Origin: Azolla caroliniana
Lineage: Eukaryota > Plantae > Polypodiophyta
Reading direction: 5' to 3'
NCBI GenBank assembly: GCA_043228905.1
Contig: JBHGNT010000015.1
Span: 13,640,001-13,704,000 of the forward strand
Length of the DNA: 64,000 nt
The translations under genes and the position numbers were made by a program. The number at the start of each line of letters is the position of its first letter. The first letter of the stretch is position 1. Under the pieces are notes generated by a model, which searched no databases, was not told the origin of the DNA, and worked only from the letters and a program-made list of their open reading frames with translations. This document shows positions 1 to 12,300 of the stretch, piece by piece.

Positions 1-1232
1 CATTAGTTCTTTTTTGCATTTTGGGACGATGAGAAACAAGTAATAAGAAGTTTTAACCACATGGTCCCACATCTATAATACATTTTGTCTTTTTTAACAT
101 CTAGAACACATTCTCTTTTAATAGATGCATACAACATTTAATAAAATGAGCCATATGGCTGCGACTAATTTGTGAGATCATCATGAGCTCTTGATTTGCT
201 CATCACTAGTGAGAAATGGACCAATTTGTACTCCTATCATTGTTAAGTGTAGCATAGACTCTAATGTTGGAGAGGGAATATGAGATTTTGTTCAACCACT
301 TGATGGTACACCTCTTTGAATGTTTGAGGCGCATACCACCTCTCATCTTGAGATTTTAAGCATGAAATCTAGTTTGATTAAATTCCACATTTTGGGATTT
401 TAATGCATAATTATCTTGAATTTCATTTGGCATTTTCAAGGTCTTGACACTATATTTCAATAAATCTCACCAAATTTAGAAACCTATATCCTCTTACCTT
501 GGTTAAAATATGCTTGGAATAAAGTAGCTTGTGGTGAATTTTCCCTTAATTACTTTGGGTAGAGTGATGTAAATTTTGTATATTGATTCCACAAGATTTG
601 ATAACAAGGAAATAGTTTTTTGTTTTCTAGTATCTAACAAGGTTACAACTTACAAGTATGTTGTGGAAACTATTATGACCTTTGATGTCGAAAGGAAGAA
701 CACACACATCAAATTAATTGGGCTAAATCCTCGAGAGGGATTATCCGAACTTTCGGGATTCACTCAAAAGTGACACACTCAAAGATAATTGTGACTTTTA
801 ATCGTTCCCAAAACCGCTTTACTTAACCTTGGAGTTTGGAAGAAGTGTAGATATACCATCTAACTTTATAGAGTTTTGATTGCTCAATAGCTTCCCCCAA
901 AAATGTATTCAAGCATAACTTTGGAATCTCTTTATCCTAGAATTGGATTTTTTTCAATAGCATTGAACATATATGAAATGTTAGATAATAATGAAGTTTG
1001 GGTTCCACTAATGATTCTTTCACCCATGCTCATTTTTCTATTTTTCCAGCGCTCAATTGTCTTCCTAAATGAGGAAATTTGATCTCAAGCCATGGTTCCT
1101 CGAAGACATTGTCACCTACATGTCAGGAAGTTATGGATGGCAATATAGAGGTGGATCCAAAGTAATATGACTTGGCTTCTTGCCAATAAAATCTTTGAGA
1201 CTACTCAATCTTTATTATGTATCAACAACCAA

Positions 1233-1483
1233 TGTGAAGAATAGTGTTGATTCAAAAAAGGAAGAAAATAAAAGGGAAAATAGGATTTGTATTCACAAGT
1301 TACAATATTACAAGAGTTCGTTAAATATTGTTATTGAATCAGAGTGGTTTACACTTTTATATAAAATGGTATATCATTTTTATATAAAATAAGATATCAT
1401 ACTACTTGAGATTGGAAGTTATTAGGAGGGTTAGATGTTTGAATCCCTAAAAGGTTATGTTATTTATGCATGTGCTCATGACA
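1233..1483 (-). mobile_element. Degenerate LTR (3' LTR of the old chromovirus-like Gypsy interrupted by Copia A)
   Basis: Minus strand reads TGTCATGAG...CACA and is preceded by a purine tract (GGATGGGAAGGA, ~1488-1499). Its end resembles 10328-10362 (aaaaggttatg...ctca(t/c)gaca). The left boundary is approximate. Confidence 0.5.
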
Positions 1484-1532
1484 ATATCCTTCCCATCCTT
1501 TTGAGAATGAATTCCACGAGTTGCAAAAGCAA

Positions 1533-1967
1533 TGTTGAGCGGACAATCTCAACCGGATCCGGATCGGTTGAATAAGCCAAAGCTGAATCAGAGTCCCAAA
1601 CGAAGAACCGGATCGGTGTCCGGAACCAAGAGCCAGATCGAAGAGTCGGATCGGATTGGAACCGTTAGGCCGTTAGAGGCCTACGAATCTAGCCTAGTAC
1701 ATAGGCATATTTTTGGGAGTTAGTGTTAGTCGCTCGTATGAGCATTCAAGTACTTGTCAGTACTTTTGTCAATCCTTTAAGGACTTGTATAAAAAGTGTT
1801 CTGTAAGACATTTGTATGCACAGAGTGTCATTATTTGAATGGAGTTTTACTGTTCTCCTCTAACTCTGTCTCTCCCGTGTAAGGTTTCCATTAAACCTGT
1901 GTCTATATTCTTTAGCTATACGGATGAGCCGGTTTTGTCTTAGCTTCCGCAATCGTATTATTTTACA
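1533..1967 (+). repeat. 5' LTR of Copia A
   Basis: Direct repeat of 7212-7646 with TG...CA ends; TATA-like TGTATAAAAA at ~1787. Confidence 0.95.
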
Positions 1968-2063
1968 TCGTATTAGAACGCGAGGGTTGAGAACCCCTCT
2001 ACAGGTGAAGCGACTTCCGAAGGCAAACCCTATCACCAGGTAAAGAATAGACAGAAGAAAAAT

Positions 2064-5000
2064 ATGGACCGAGGAATGGCTAGTTCGCTCCCGATGAAGA
2101 AGCTCGACAGATTCAACTATGCATCTTGGTCATACAAGATGCCCCAGTACCTGCTCGGGCACAATTACTGGAGTTATGTCAAGGGAGCCCTGATGCGGCA
2201 CACATGGACTTCCCGACTTGGGAGCAAGCGGCAAGCAGGGTAATGTACTACTTCGTGTCAAGTGTCGGTGATCAGTTGCTCAGCCATATCCGGGATGCCA
2301 AGACGCCAAAGGAAGCTTGGGGAAACCTGAAGAAGGTCTTCACCACAAGCACCACGGCTTGGAAGCTGCAACTCCGACAGAAGTTGAACAATGTCCAACA
2401 GAAGGACATGTCGGTGGCCGACTATACGGCCCGGATCAAAGACATCTGTGACTCACTTCCCTCTGTCAACGTGACTGTCAAGGAAGATGAGATGGTGCAA
2501 GCTTGTCTCGGGGGCCTGGCGTCGATGTCCGGAGCATTCCAGAAGCGGTCTATACAAGTCAATACTCCTAATAGAGGAGAACTAAATGGGTGTGTCAACA
2601 AGCACGCACACCGACAACAAGATGTTGTACACGAAGGAGGATCGGCCCTGTGCTCGTGGCAGACGAGGCGGATCAGCACGTGGTGACAGGGGCCGACAAG
2701 AGCAAAATCAGAGGCACAATGATGGTGTCGACAAAGTTCCCGACCCTCCACAAGCAAGGGGGAGTCAAGGCGAACTCGATGAAGACAAACACCCCGAAAC
2801 CGAACGAGATATGGTATGTCGATTCCGGAGCGTCAAACCATATGACAAGCCACGCAAAATGGTTTGCGTATCTAGAAAAACCGGAACAATCGGGAGTCGT
2901 CGAAACCGGAAACCACACCCCGCATACCATTGAGCACATCAGAGAGGTTCCCCTCAACCATGTCAAGTAGAAGGGAAAGCTAATGAATGTCCTGCACATC
3001 CCGACAATCACAAAGAATCTTGTGTCAGTCAAATAGATTGTTGATCAAGGGATGGAGGTTCGGTTCACGCACCTCGGGTGCTTCATCGAAGAAGAGGGAA
3101 AGTCATCGCGCAAGGGCACCGAGACAGGAGGATGTTTATCCTCGAGACGTATGATGTTGGCACCGTTATGTTCGCAAAAGGGCAAAAGGTCGAGTTGGAC
3201 ATCGACTTGTGGCATAAGCGGATCAGCCACATCAACTTTCAGAAGCTTCATGAATTGCAGTCAGAACACATGGTTTTCGGACATCAATTTCAATGGCCGG
3301 AAAGGCCAAATTTGTGAAGCATGCCAGCTCGGGAAGCAACATAGGCTTTCATTCCCCAACAAGAAGAATCGGAGCCAGAATCGGCCTGATCTCATCCATT
3401 CGGATGTGTGGGGACCGGCACAAAACGTGAGCATCGGTGGGAGTCGGTATTTCTTCTCCTTTATTGACGATTTCACCCAGCACACTTAGACCTATCTAAT
3501 CAAGAAGAAAAGCCAAGTCTTCTCATCCTTCTGGGATTTGAAGAACCTTGTCGAACGTGAGACCAAAAGAAAGATCAAGTGTTTGAAATTGGATGGCAGA
3601 AAAGAGTATTTTTCCGGCCAGTTCACGAGTTATCTACAAACGAAGGGAATCCGACGGGAATTCTCCTGCAAATACACATTGGAGCAAAAAGGCGTGGCCG
3701 AGCGTCGGAACAAGACGCTGGTAGAAGCGGCAAGAGTGACGCTTGAGGAGAAAAGCATGCCCAAATTTTATTGGGCCGAAGCAATTCGGACAACCGTCTA
3801 CATCTAGAATCGAATATCCGCCTCAAGGACAAAGGTGTCACCGCACGAACTATGTTTTGAGTGGAAGCCGAATTTGGCACACCTTCGGGTGTTCCGTAGC
3901 ATTGCATATGTGCATGTATTGAAGGAAAAACGGAGGAAGTTAGACGTGAAAGCCGGAAAGTGTATTCTCGTCGGCAACTCCGATGAACAGAAGGGTTATA
4001 AGTGTTATAACCCCCAATCGAAAGCGGTTTGAGTTAGCCGAGATGTCTTTTTTGATGAATCGGCATTTTGGCACTTCTCTCCACCTAAACCTGAACTAAT
4101 TGTTGTTCATGATATGGTGGAATCCGGAACAGAGAGAAGCATTGCGGAATTTGAACAGCTGGATGAGTGAACCAAATCCAAATTGGTTGAGCCGAAGTGG
4201 TCAACCGGATGACAAGCCGGTGAGTAGTGAAGACTCGGTCATGCTCTCCCCATGCAAAGAATGGAGCAGATGGTTCACGCACGCAGAAAAAGGGGAAGAA
4301 GGAGATGCCAGAGTATGACACCGCTCGAGCCGAGTCGGATCGGAGTGAATCCGACTCCGACAGAATCGAAAAGAAACCTCCGAGGAAGAGGTCAAAATCG
4401 ACCGAGAAGGCCACAAAATCGGCGAATCAAGAATTGCGTTGATCCACCTGCCAGAAAAACCCCGTTGAGAGGTATGGGTACTATTAGAGCGATGATCTAA
4501 TGTAAGCATACGATAAGGATATAATATATATGAAATAAGAAAGGAGAGAGAGAAAGAAGGGCATCAATCTACCCAACCACCCCCAAGCGAATGAACCGAG
4601 ACGGACTCGAGCCTCGATCAGCGTCCCATACCACCGTAGTGGCGTCGATTCGTACCTGGTGCTGGCGCACTCGCTACAAGAGTTACCCTACCACGAAAAA
4701 GAGTCTCGACGTAATCAAGAGATGATGAAATGAGGGTATCTAGGACTCATATTTATAGCGAGACCCAAGGCCCCCAGGTAAGTTCACACTTGGCCTAATG
4801 GGTTGTCTCAATCCCGAGGATTAAAAGTAATCCTCCCCTTCTTTACACTCTCGTTTAACCCTCACACTTATCCACGTGTATAGAATACTACGGTAAATTC
4901 TCACCATGGGATATTATATGGTCTTGCAATGGAAAGCTAGGGAAGTTAGTTCTAAGAGTATTTTTGCGTTCCCATGTGGCATCTTTGATAGATTTATCCA

Positions 5001-7049
5001 TCCCGTAACAGGTACAATGAGTATATGGTGCATCATTATGCGTACATGGTCAAGGTGGCAGCTGTGTGTGAGCTAGAGAGCTATGCATAAGTGGCTAAAG
5101 ATCCAAACTGGCAGCAGGCCATGGAGGAAGAGATGCACACACTCACGGAAAACGAGACGTGGGATTTAGTTGATGTATCGAAAGGGGTAAGGAAGATCGG
5201 TTGTCGATGGGTAGAAAAATTGAAATACAACACCGACGGATCAGTCAATAGGTACAAGGCCCGGTTAATGGCCAAGGGCTACGCGCAATAGCACAACATC
5301 GATTATGATGAGACGTTCGCGTTGGTCCTGAAGATGATGACCGTCCGTGTCTTGGTTGTGGTGGCCGCGATGAAGGGGTGGCATCTACATCAAATGGACG
5401 TAAAGAATGTGTTCCTGCAAGGTGATCTTCAGGAGTAGTTGTATATGGTTCAACCCCCCGGGTTTCAGTCCCGAGTGAATATATCGGCGGTGTGCCAATT
5501 GAAGAAGTCCCTCTATGGACTCAAGCAAGCTCCGCGTGCCTGCAAAACGAAGATCATGTTGAGATTGTGTTGTATGGGGTTTGCTCCATTGAAATCAGAC
5601 TCTTCACATTTCATCTGGCAAGGTCGGAACAAGCTGGTAAGCATTTCGCTTTATGTTGATGATTTAGTCATCGTCGACGCCGACCTGGACGAAATCGTCC
5701 ACGTCAAATCCCAGCTCATGGCATCATTCAAAATGAAGAATCTAGGAGAGCTTCATTACTTCCTCGGGATCGAAGTGATCCGCAACCCCGAAGGCATACT
5801 AATCAGCCATCAACATTATCTGCTGAGTATGCTCTTCGAATTTGGTATGCCGGAATGCAAATTCGTCTCAACTCCTCTGGACCGGAATGTGAAGCTTCGC
5901 CCCGACTGGTAATGACATGCGACCCGAAAAGGTTCCAACAGATAGTCGGAAGCCTTATATTTGACCATCGCCCGACCGGATTGAGTAGTCAATTCATGGA
6001 ACATCTGACCGTGCAACACCTTCAGTGCACACACCAAATTCTCAGATACGTCAGCGGCACTAAGGACAAGGGGTTGCTATATCAAACCGGTGTAGCCGAA
6101 CAACTTGTCGACTACACGGATCCCAATTGGGTTGGAAATGCCGGTGACCGCAGGTCTACATTCGGATATGCATTTTCACTTGGAAGCGTCGCGGTCGCCT
6201 GGAGCAACAAAAAGCAGCTGACAGTAGCACTGTCGAGCACCGAGGCCGAGTACCAAGGAGCGATTGTCGCGACATGTGAAGCCGTATGGCTCAAGAGGCT
6301 CCTAAAGGATTTGCAAGTGAAGGTGTCTGATCCGACGACGATCTACTTGCGAAAACCTCAGTAGCATCTAGTTGGCAAAGAACCTCGTCTTTCACGCCCG
6401 GACAAAGCACATTGAGATGCACTACTATTTTGTCCGAGAGCGCATTCCCTCTTGTGAAGTAGAACTATTTTATGTTCCAACGGATCAGTAAGTGGCTAAT
6501 ATCTTCACCAAATCCCTCGACTTAGACAAGTTGCGACAATTTTCCGGTGGAGTAGGTGTGCAATACCTTGAAATGCCGAACTTGAGGGGGAGGAATGAAA
6601 GGAGGAATGAGAAAGACAACCGAAAAGCCGAGTCGGAAACCAATTTTGACTATGGTCCGACTGAAGAAGTCGGAGTGTACGGGTCAATCAAGAAAGCTGA
6701 GACCAGACATAGGGTGAGCCACCGGAACGGAGAACTCAAGCCAAAGCCATCCGAAAAAAGGGGAGGCAAAGCCAGAAAGACCAAGACACGGACGTGGGCC
6801 GATGTCGTGAAAGGTCTAGAAATTGAAGACGAATCAGAGACAACCGATTCGGTCGAGAGAAGAAGTGAATCGGGGTCACTCGATTCATTTGAAATGTTTG
6901 ATTCGGAGGAGCCGAATCTACGATGGGCCAAGTGGACGAAAGGGCAATAGAAGACGACGCTGATACGAAGGAACCGACGGGTCGTGAAGCGCTAACACCA
7001 CGACAACAAGGGAGTTGATAAGGGCCGAAGGAGCAGACAAGCCAATTGA
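2064..7049 (+). pseudogene. Copia A gag-pol, disrupted by stops, frameshifts and a solo LTR
   Basis: Gag (KTPKEAWGNLKKVF), PR (WYVDSGASNHMT), GAG-pre-integrase (LWHKRISH...CEACQLGKQ), INT (IHSDVWGP, FIDDF, GVAERRN), RT (LYGLKQAPRA, LYVDDL), RH (VALSSTEAEY). Confidence 0.92.
4482..5010 (-). mobile_element. Solo LTR of the chromovirus family at 28024-33232, inserted in Copia A
   Basis: Perfect GGTAC TSD (4477-4481 and 5011-5015); removing it restores Copia RYGYNEY. Co-linear with 28024-28460 plus 32159-32178. Confidence 0.93.
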
Positions 7050-7211
7050 GAAGGTCGAGGAGCGCAGAACTGGACGGGTCACAGGATGCGGAATCGGATC
7101 GGATGAGGAGAGCACGCAAGGCAGGAGAACACTAGGAGGAGCCGGAGAGAAGAATCGGAGACCACAGACACTGATACCTCGATCCGACCTCAAGTTGAGC
7201 TTGAGGGGGAG

Positions 7212-7646
7212 TGTTGAGTGAACAAGCTCAGCCGGATCCGTATTGGCTGAATAAGCCAGAGCCGGATCGAAGTCCGGAACGAAGAATCGGATCAGTGGTC
7301 AGACTAGTATCTGGAACCAAGAGCCAGATCGGAGAGTCAGATCAAATTGGAACTTGTAGAACGTTAGAGGCCTACGAATCTAGCCTAGTACGTAGGCATA
7401 TTTTTGGGAGTTAGTGTCAGTCGCTCATATGAGCATTGAAGTACTTGTCAGTCCTTTAAGAACTTGTATAAAAAGTGTTATGTAGGACATTTGTATGCAC
7501 AAAGTGTCATTATTCGAATTGAGTTTTAATGTTCTGCTCTAACTTTGTATCTCCCGTGTAAGGTTTCCATTAAACCTATGTCTATATTATTTAGCTATCC
7601 GGATGAACCGGTTTTGTCTTAGCTTCTGCAATCGTATTCTTTTACA
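7212..7646 (+). repeat. 3' LTR of Copia A
   Basis: Direct repeat of 1533-1967, immediately after the PPT. Confidence 0.95.
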
Positions 7647-8200
7647 AGAAAGAATTGGGACTTTGTTTGTTAGGATAACAATGATGAAATTATTCTCCAA
7701 GGGTTGGGGTATTAGCAAGGTTCTTGGTGATCTCCCATGTTCAATCATTGGACATATAGACTAACCAACCCACTAGGTAAAGAAGTAATCTACACAACCT
7801 CAAAGTCCAAATTTGACCTCTTACTCTAGTCCATCAAGAAGTCAAACATGAGGTAGGATGAACACCAAGATTTCAAAAAGTGACAAATGAACCCCACGAT
7901 GAAGTTACGTATTGGAAGGGTGATCCAAACAAAATGCAACGACATTGATGAATGGCTTTAGTTCCAAAATGGACCATGATATTGATCATCCAACTTTTCA
8001 AACGGCATGGTGGTATTCACATTGCATCATAACAATTAGAAATGATCCTTAACTTGGAACTTAGGCTCATCTAGTGAAGATTCTAGATCATGTTGAACTA
8101 AACCTAGATTTGTTAAGCTTGGCCATTGCATATATTAGCTATAAAAATTTTACTTGAATAAGTTGGAGTTGAACTAGACAATTCTCAATAACTGGGCTTA
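7647..8200 (-). mobile_element. Highly decayed Gypsy integrase C-terminus plus chromodomain (host of Copia A)
   Basis: Hand translation of the minus strand gives KLDDQYHGPF (GPF motif) and LYLVGWLVYMSND*TWE (chromodomain-like). It continues at 1484-1532 to the PPT and LTR. Confidence 0.65.
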
Positions 8201-8511
8201 GAAAGACTTGAGGGTGATCAAGCATTGTCGCATGATGCTTATTGTAGGTATTTCCAAAGAATGGAGTATACATAGTTGTGGAAAAATGAAATGAATTATT
8301 GTAAGAAAACTCAACAAATATAAGAAATATACCAAATAATCTTGTTGGCCATTGATGATATAGGAAGATGTTACTCCAAGTTCTACTTTGTGCATGTGAT
8401 CAGTCTATCACTTTGTAGATGATAGCTCAAAGAGATGTCACAAGAGATATCAAGCATCGTGAGCAAATGCTTCTACAACTTTGAAACAAATTATGACCCA
8501 CTGTTACTAAT

Positions 8512-8608
8512 AATGTCATTTGGGAAACTATGAGTCTTGAAAACTTTCTTGACTGCTTATAATTTTCAGTAACAATGTCATTTGGGAAACTATGAGTCTT
8601 GAAAACTT
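8512..8608. repeat. 35-bp direct repeat, 2 copies
   Basis: AATGTCATTTGGGAAACTATGAGTCTTGAAAACTT at 8512-8546 and 8574-8608. Confidence 0.9.
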
Positions 8609-8682
8609 CAGAAATGGGGTTAGGTGCTTGCATTATCCTTGAAGGTAGAGATACTAGCACAAAGGCATATGTTTGCGCGAAT

Positions 8683-9085
8683 AATTGTTGTAGAATACTT
8701 AGCATAATATACATGTAGAACATGTATGCTAAGTATTCTATACAATGATTCGAGCAAACATATGCCTCTATGTTAGTAGCTAAGTATACATATTCTACAT
8801 AAAATACATGTATAATACACATTCTATAGATAAAATACATTAAATACTTTGAATACGTGTAGAATACTTGTAAAATACATGAAATACTTCTTTAAATTTA
8901 AAGTTTTTTTTTCAAACAAAAAATTAAAAAGTTTAAAAAAATCGTAAACTTTTTTGAAGTGATAAATACTTGTTAAATACATAGAATATGTCAATTTTTT
9001 TAAAATGGTAATTCTAAAACGTAGAATACGTGTAGAATACTTCAAAGTATTCTAAACGTAGAGTACGCCTTTTTTAACAACTATG
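8683..9085. mobile_element. hAT-type MITE, copy 1
   Basis: Ends (a)ATTGTTGTAGAA...TTTTAACAACTATG; 8-bp flanks GCGCGAAT/GCTCAAAT (6/8); many internal TAGAATAC motifs; homologous to 15473-15799. Confidence 0.75.
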
Positions 9086-9801
9086 GCTCAAATTTGGGGC
9101 ATGGCATTTTTTTGGCGCTTGGAATGTCCTTCAAATAAGTTATTGTCACATCACACAACTTGATTCAGTGACTTTGATCTTCATGTAATGTAAGAAATAA
9201 GTATATCACATACAAGAAGGGGAAAATCTATCACATAAGCCAATGCAAGGATATCTTATTGATTGCTCTCCTTGCACTATTAATGTCTCCAAAACACACT
9301 TGAAACTCTTTGATAAAACTATGAAAATTGTTTAAAAGTAGAGACATTTTCTCCAAATTTTGGGCAACCCATGCTATTATCAACAAGGACACACCTAACC
9401 TAATTCGAGTTTTGTCGATATGGATCTAAATTAAATATTAAATGTACTTGGTTTAGAAATTATTTAAATTGAGACTATGTTTCATCAAACTTTCATCGGA
9501 AGGTAATCTTAGCTAATTTTGAAATGCTTCTTGTGTATTATAAAAAATATTAGAACTGTTTTGAGTTGATAGCTTCATTTAGAAAGTTGGTTATGTTGTC
9601 ATGCCTTCTCAACTCACTCTTTATAAATCTCCAAGTGGCTTTTGGTTCTCTTCTTCTAATGCCATAAATTTGGTTGTGAGGTAAGGGCAATAAAATTCTC
9701 GGAAAAATGAAGGATCACTAAAGGGTATTTCAACTCAATCGTTAATATTGAACTCATGCATAATCACCACGTAGTTGTCATCCATAATTACACATACTTG
9801 T

Positions 9802-10362
9802 TGTCACGAACGAGTAGACGAGGCTAAATACTAAAAGAGAGTGAGGATAGGCAAGAGAAGAAGAGAGAGAGAGAGAGAATAGACAAGAGAACAAGAACTA
9901 AATTTATGCTTCCGTAACTGGTGTTGTTCACCTTGATTAGAATCAAGGTGCACTTGAGTATTTATACAAGAATGAGGAGGTATGCATCCAAGCTAGGAAA
10001 CTTCTAGTGATGAACCTACAATGTAAGAAGTTTAATCTTATACAACGATGCTCAAATGGATGCAATTCAATTGGTAAGGTTGCCCAATAAGGCCAAGAGG
10101 TCATGGGTTCAACCCCTACATTCCACCATGGCATCGTGTATATGACACTCGTCACTTGGCAATTGTTTATGGTTATTGCTCAAGTTGCTATGATACAATT
10201 AGTATCATACATTGGTAGATGGAAGATAATAGTAAAGGGTTCTATATATATTTTATATTGAATAAGATATCTTAATGGCTAATGTTAGAGGTTGTCACAA
10301 AGGGGCCATAAGTTCAAATGTTTATCAAAAGGTTATGCCATTTTGCACGTATTCTCACGACA
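9802..10362 (-). mobile_element. Solo or orphan LTR (probably Gypsy) containing a tRNA-like cassette
   Basis: TGTC...GACA termini; minus-strand TATA (TGTATAAATA, ~9959-9968) followed by a CT-rich tract; one end resembles 1450-1483. No clear TSD. Confidence 0.55.
10057..10128 (+). other. tRNA-like (tRNA-derived) sequence ending in CCA, inside an LTR
   Basis: A-box-like CAATTCAATTGGTAAGG, B-box GGGTTCAACCCC, 3' TTCCACCA, 72 nt. The anticodon arm is not well formed. Confidence 0.6.
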
Positions 10363-11800
10363 ATAGGCGCATTGGCTGGATTCTTGGTAGTTTCCTGATT
10401 GTGACCATATCAAGCTCATATCCCTTCCAATCAATGAAGTAATAACATGGTGTCATATAGTAGTGCAACATGTGAGTGTGCGTGGGTATAATCATTGGGG
10501 TTTTAGATCATGTGATGATTGAGAAGTGAAGATGTGATAAACCAAGACATGAGTATAGACAAAGACATGTGTATAGATTACATTATTGTAGTACAATTTT
10601 AGATCATTAATATAATAGAGAGGTTTAGTTTCTAAATCTTTTCAAAGAAGCCATATAAATCAACATGAAAGGGAGGAATTTCTAGAAAACATGTGTATCC
10701 ATACTTCTATTATCAATCCATAGCTTGGAGAAGATTATATTGAATATTTCATTATGTATCACTAAATTTACAGCATCAAATAAAAAAAACCATGAACCAA
10801 TGAGTTTTGATAGAATAGTTTGGGGCTAATAGAAGCATGTGGAAGGTTATTACCTCCACTTATTATATCGTTTGTACAAAGGATCATTGGCATAATCTTA
10901 AAATATGAGCAATGTGTCAAACCCTCTTAATTTTCCTCCTAGAATCCAGGATAATACTTTATCACAAAATCAATGTGGGGAAGAACTTCTTTTTTCCAAA
11001 AAATTTACTATTTCCATTAGTTAAGTCAATGGACATAGGATAATATACAACAACTCATTTCTTACAGGCCAACTTGCATGACTACAAAGAGACCAGCATG
11101 TACAAAGGAATCAACAAAAAAGTAAGCTAATAATCACCACATCAAGAGGGACGAAGATAGGAGGATGAGCAACCTTCCCTTGGATTATCTGGATTATAAC
11201 AACATGCATCCGATGAGCACAATACTACTCGACCACATACCTTCAACGTGAGCCTCATATGACTCTAATTCAACATAGACATCCTCCAATCTCCTCACGT
11301 GGCAACGCCCACCTATTTACAATGTTTGGTACCCTCAGAGATAACAACCACCATGGTGGCTCATAAATCCACTTTGCATTCCCATCTACCATCTACATCA
11401 TTGGAGAACCTCTCCATTTCAAGAGGAAACGACCTCTAGCTTCTTCACTCGCATTCGAGGTCCCTTGAATGCTTTCAAACTCTCATTGTAACATAGAAAT
11501 AAGATTAAAACAGATCATCATTAAACTCTTGGCCGGTGAGGTTTGTTTATTTGTGAAAGTCTCCTTGCATCTAGATACCAACACTTGCCAAACTGTAAGG
11601 TCGGCCACTAATAACCAAATGTTCAAGTATCGTTCCTGAATGTAGAATGAACCCCCCTGTGCTGAAGGTTGTACTATTCCATGCACCACCTTTAAAGAAG
11701 GACTATTTTCATTCCACAGGGAACCACACAGTCGATTCAGTAGTCAACCCGATAGTTGCACTCAATACATGAACTATAAACCCACACTAAGCCAAGATTC

Positions 11801-12300
11801 TTAATCTCCTCGTTCAAACTTCTTGGGCACACTGGCAACTCCACAAACAATGTGCGATGTCCTCCAAACTTGCTCCGCAAGCGTGGGGGAGAACTTAGAA
11901 TAATTTGTTGAGCTTGTTAATAATTGAGAATTTGAGGGCAAACTAGATTTAGAGGATCGATGTAGATAGTGACTCTTAAGATCCTTCAAGAATATGTCAC
12001 AACTCAAAAAATTTAAGAATTTTGAGATTTCCTTGTCATAAATTGGATAGTTGGTTTTTGTAATTTTAACATTTCTGAGAATGATCAAAGATTAGATGGT
12101 CATTCCATTTGACAATATATTACCAAAAACATTTGACTTTGGATTGTATGGATTGCATGGATCTAAGTGGACAATATTTAAGTTAGTGTAGTGAAAGCTT
12201 GATTTAGGTTAACGAAGGAACTTTCCACTTCTACCCTCCATAACGAGACGTGTTGAATGAGTGTTAGTTTCTAAATGGTTTTGAATAAAGGATGGGTAGA
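11801..12300 (-). mobile_element. Decayed Gypsy RT/RNase H fragment
   Basis: NYPIYDKEI matches the Gypsy RNase H NYxxxDKEL motif. Boundaries are approximate. Confidence 0.6.

Larger units (their letters stand above)
1533..7646 (+). mobile_element. Ty1/Copia LTR retrotransposon A, full length, decayed
   Basis: LTRs 1533-1967 and 7212-7646 (TGTTGAG...TTTACA). Degenerate Met-i PBS TCGTATTAGAAC at 1968. PPT GAGGGGGAG at 7203-7211. Flanks AGCAA/AGAAA (4/5 TSD). Domain order gag-PR-INT-RT-RH. Confidence 0.95.

Noticed and set aside
10057-10128. Functional tRNA gene
   Set aside because: Acceptor and anticodon stems are incomplete and the segment lies inside a repeat, so it is reported only as tRNA-like.
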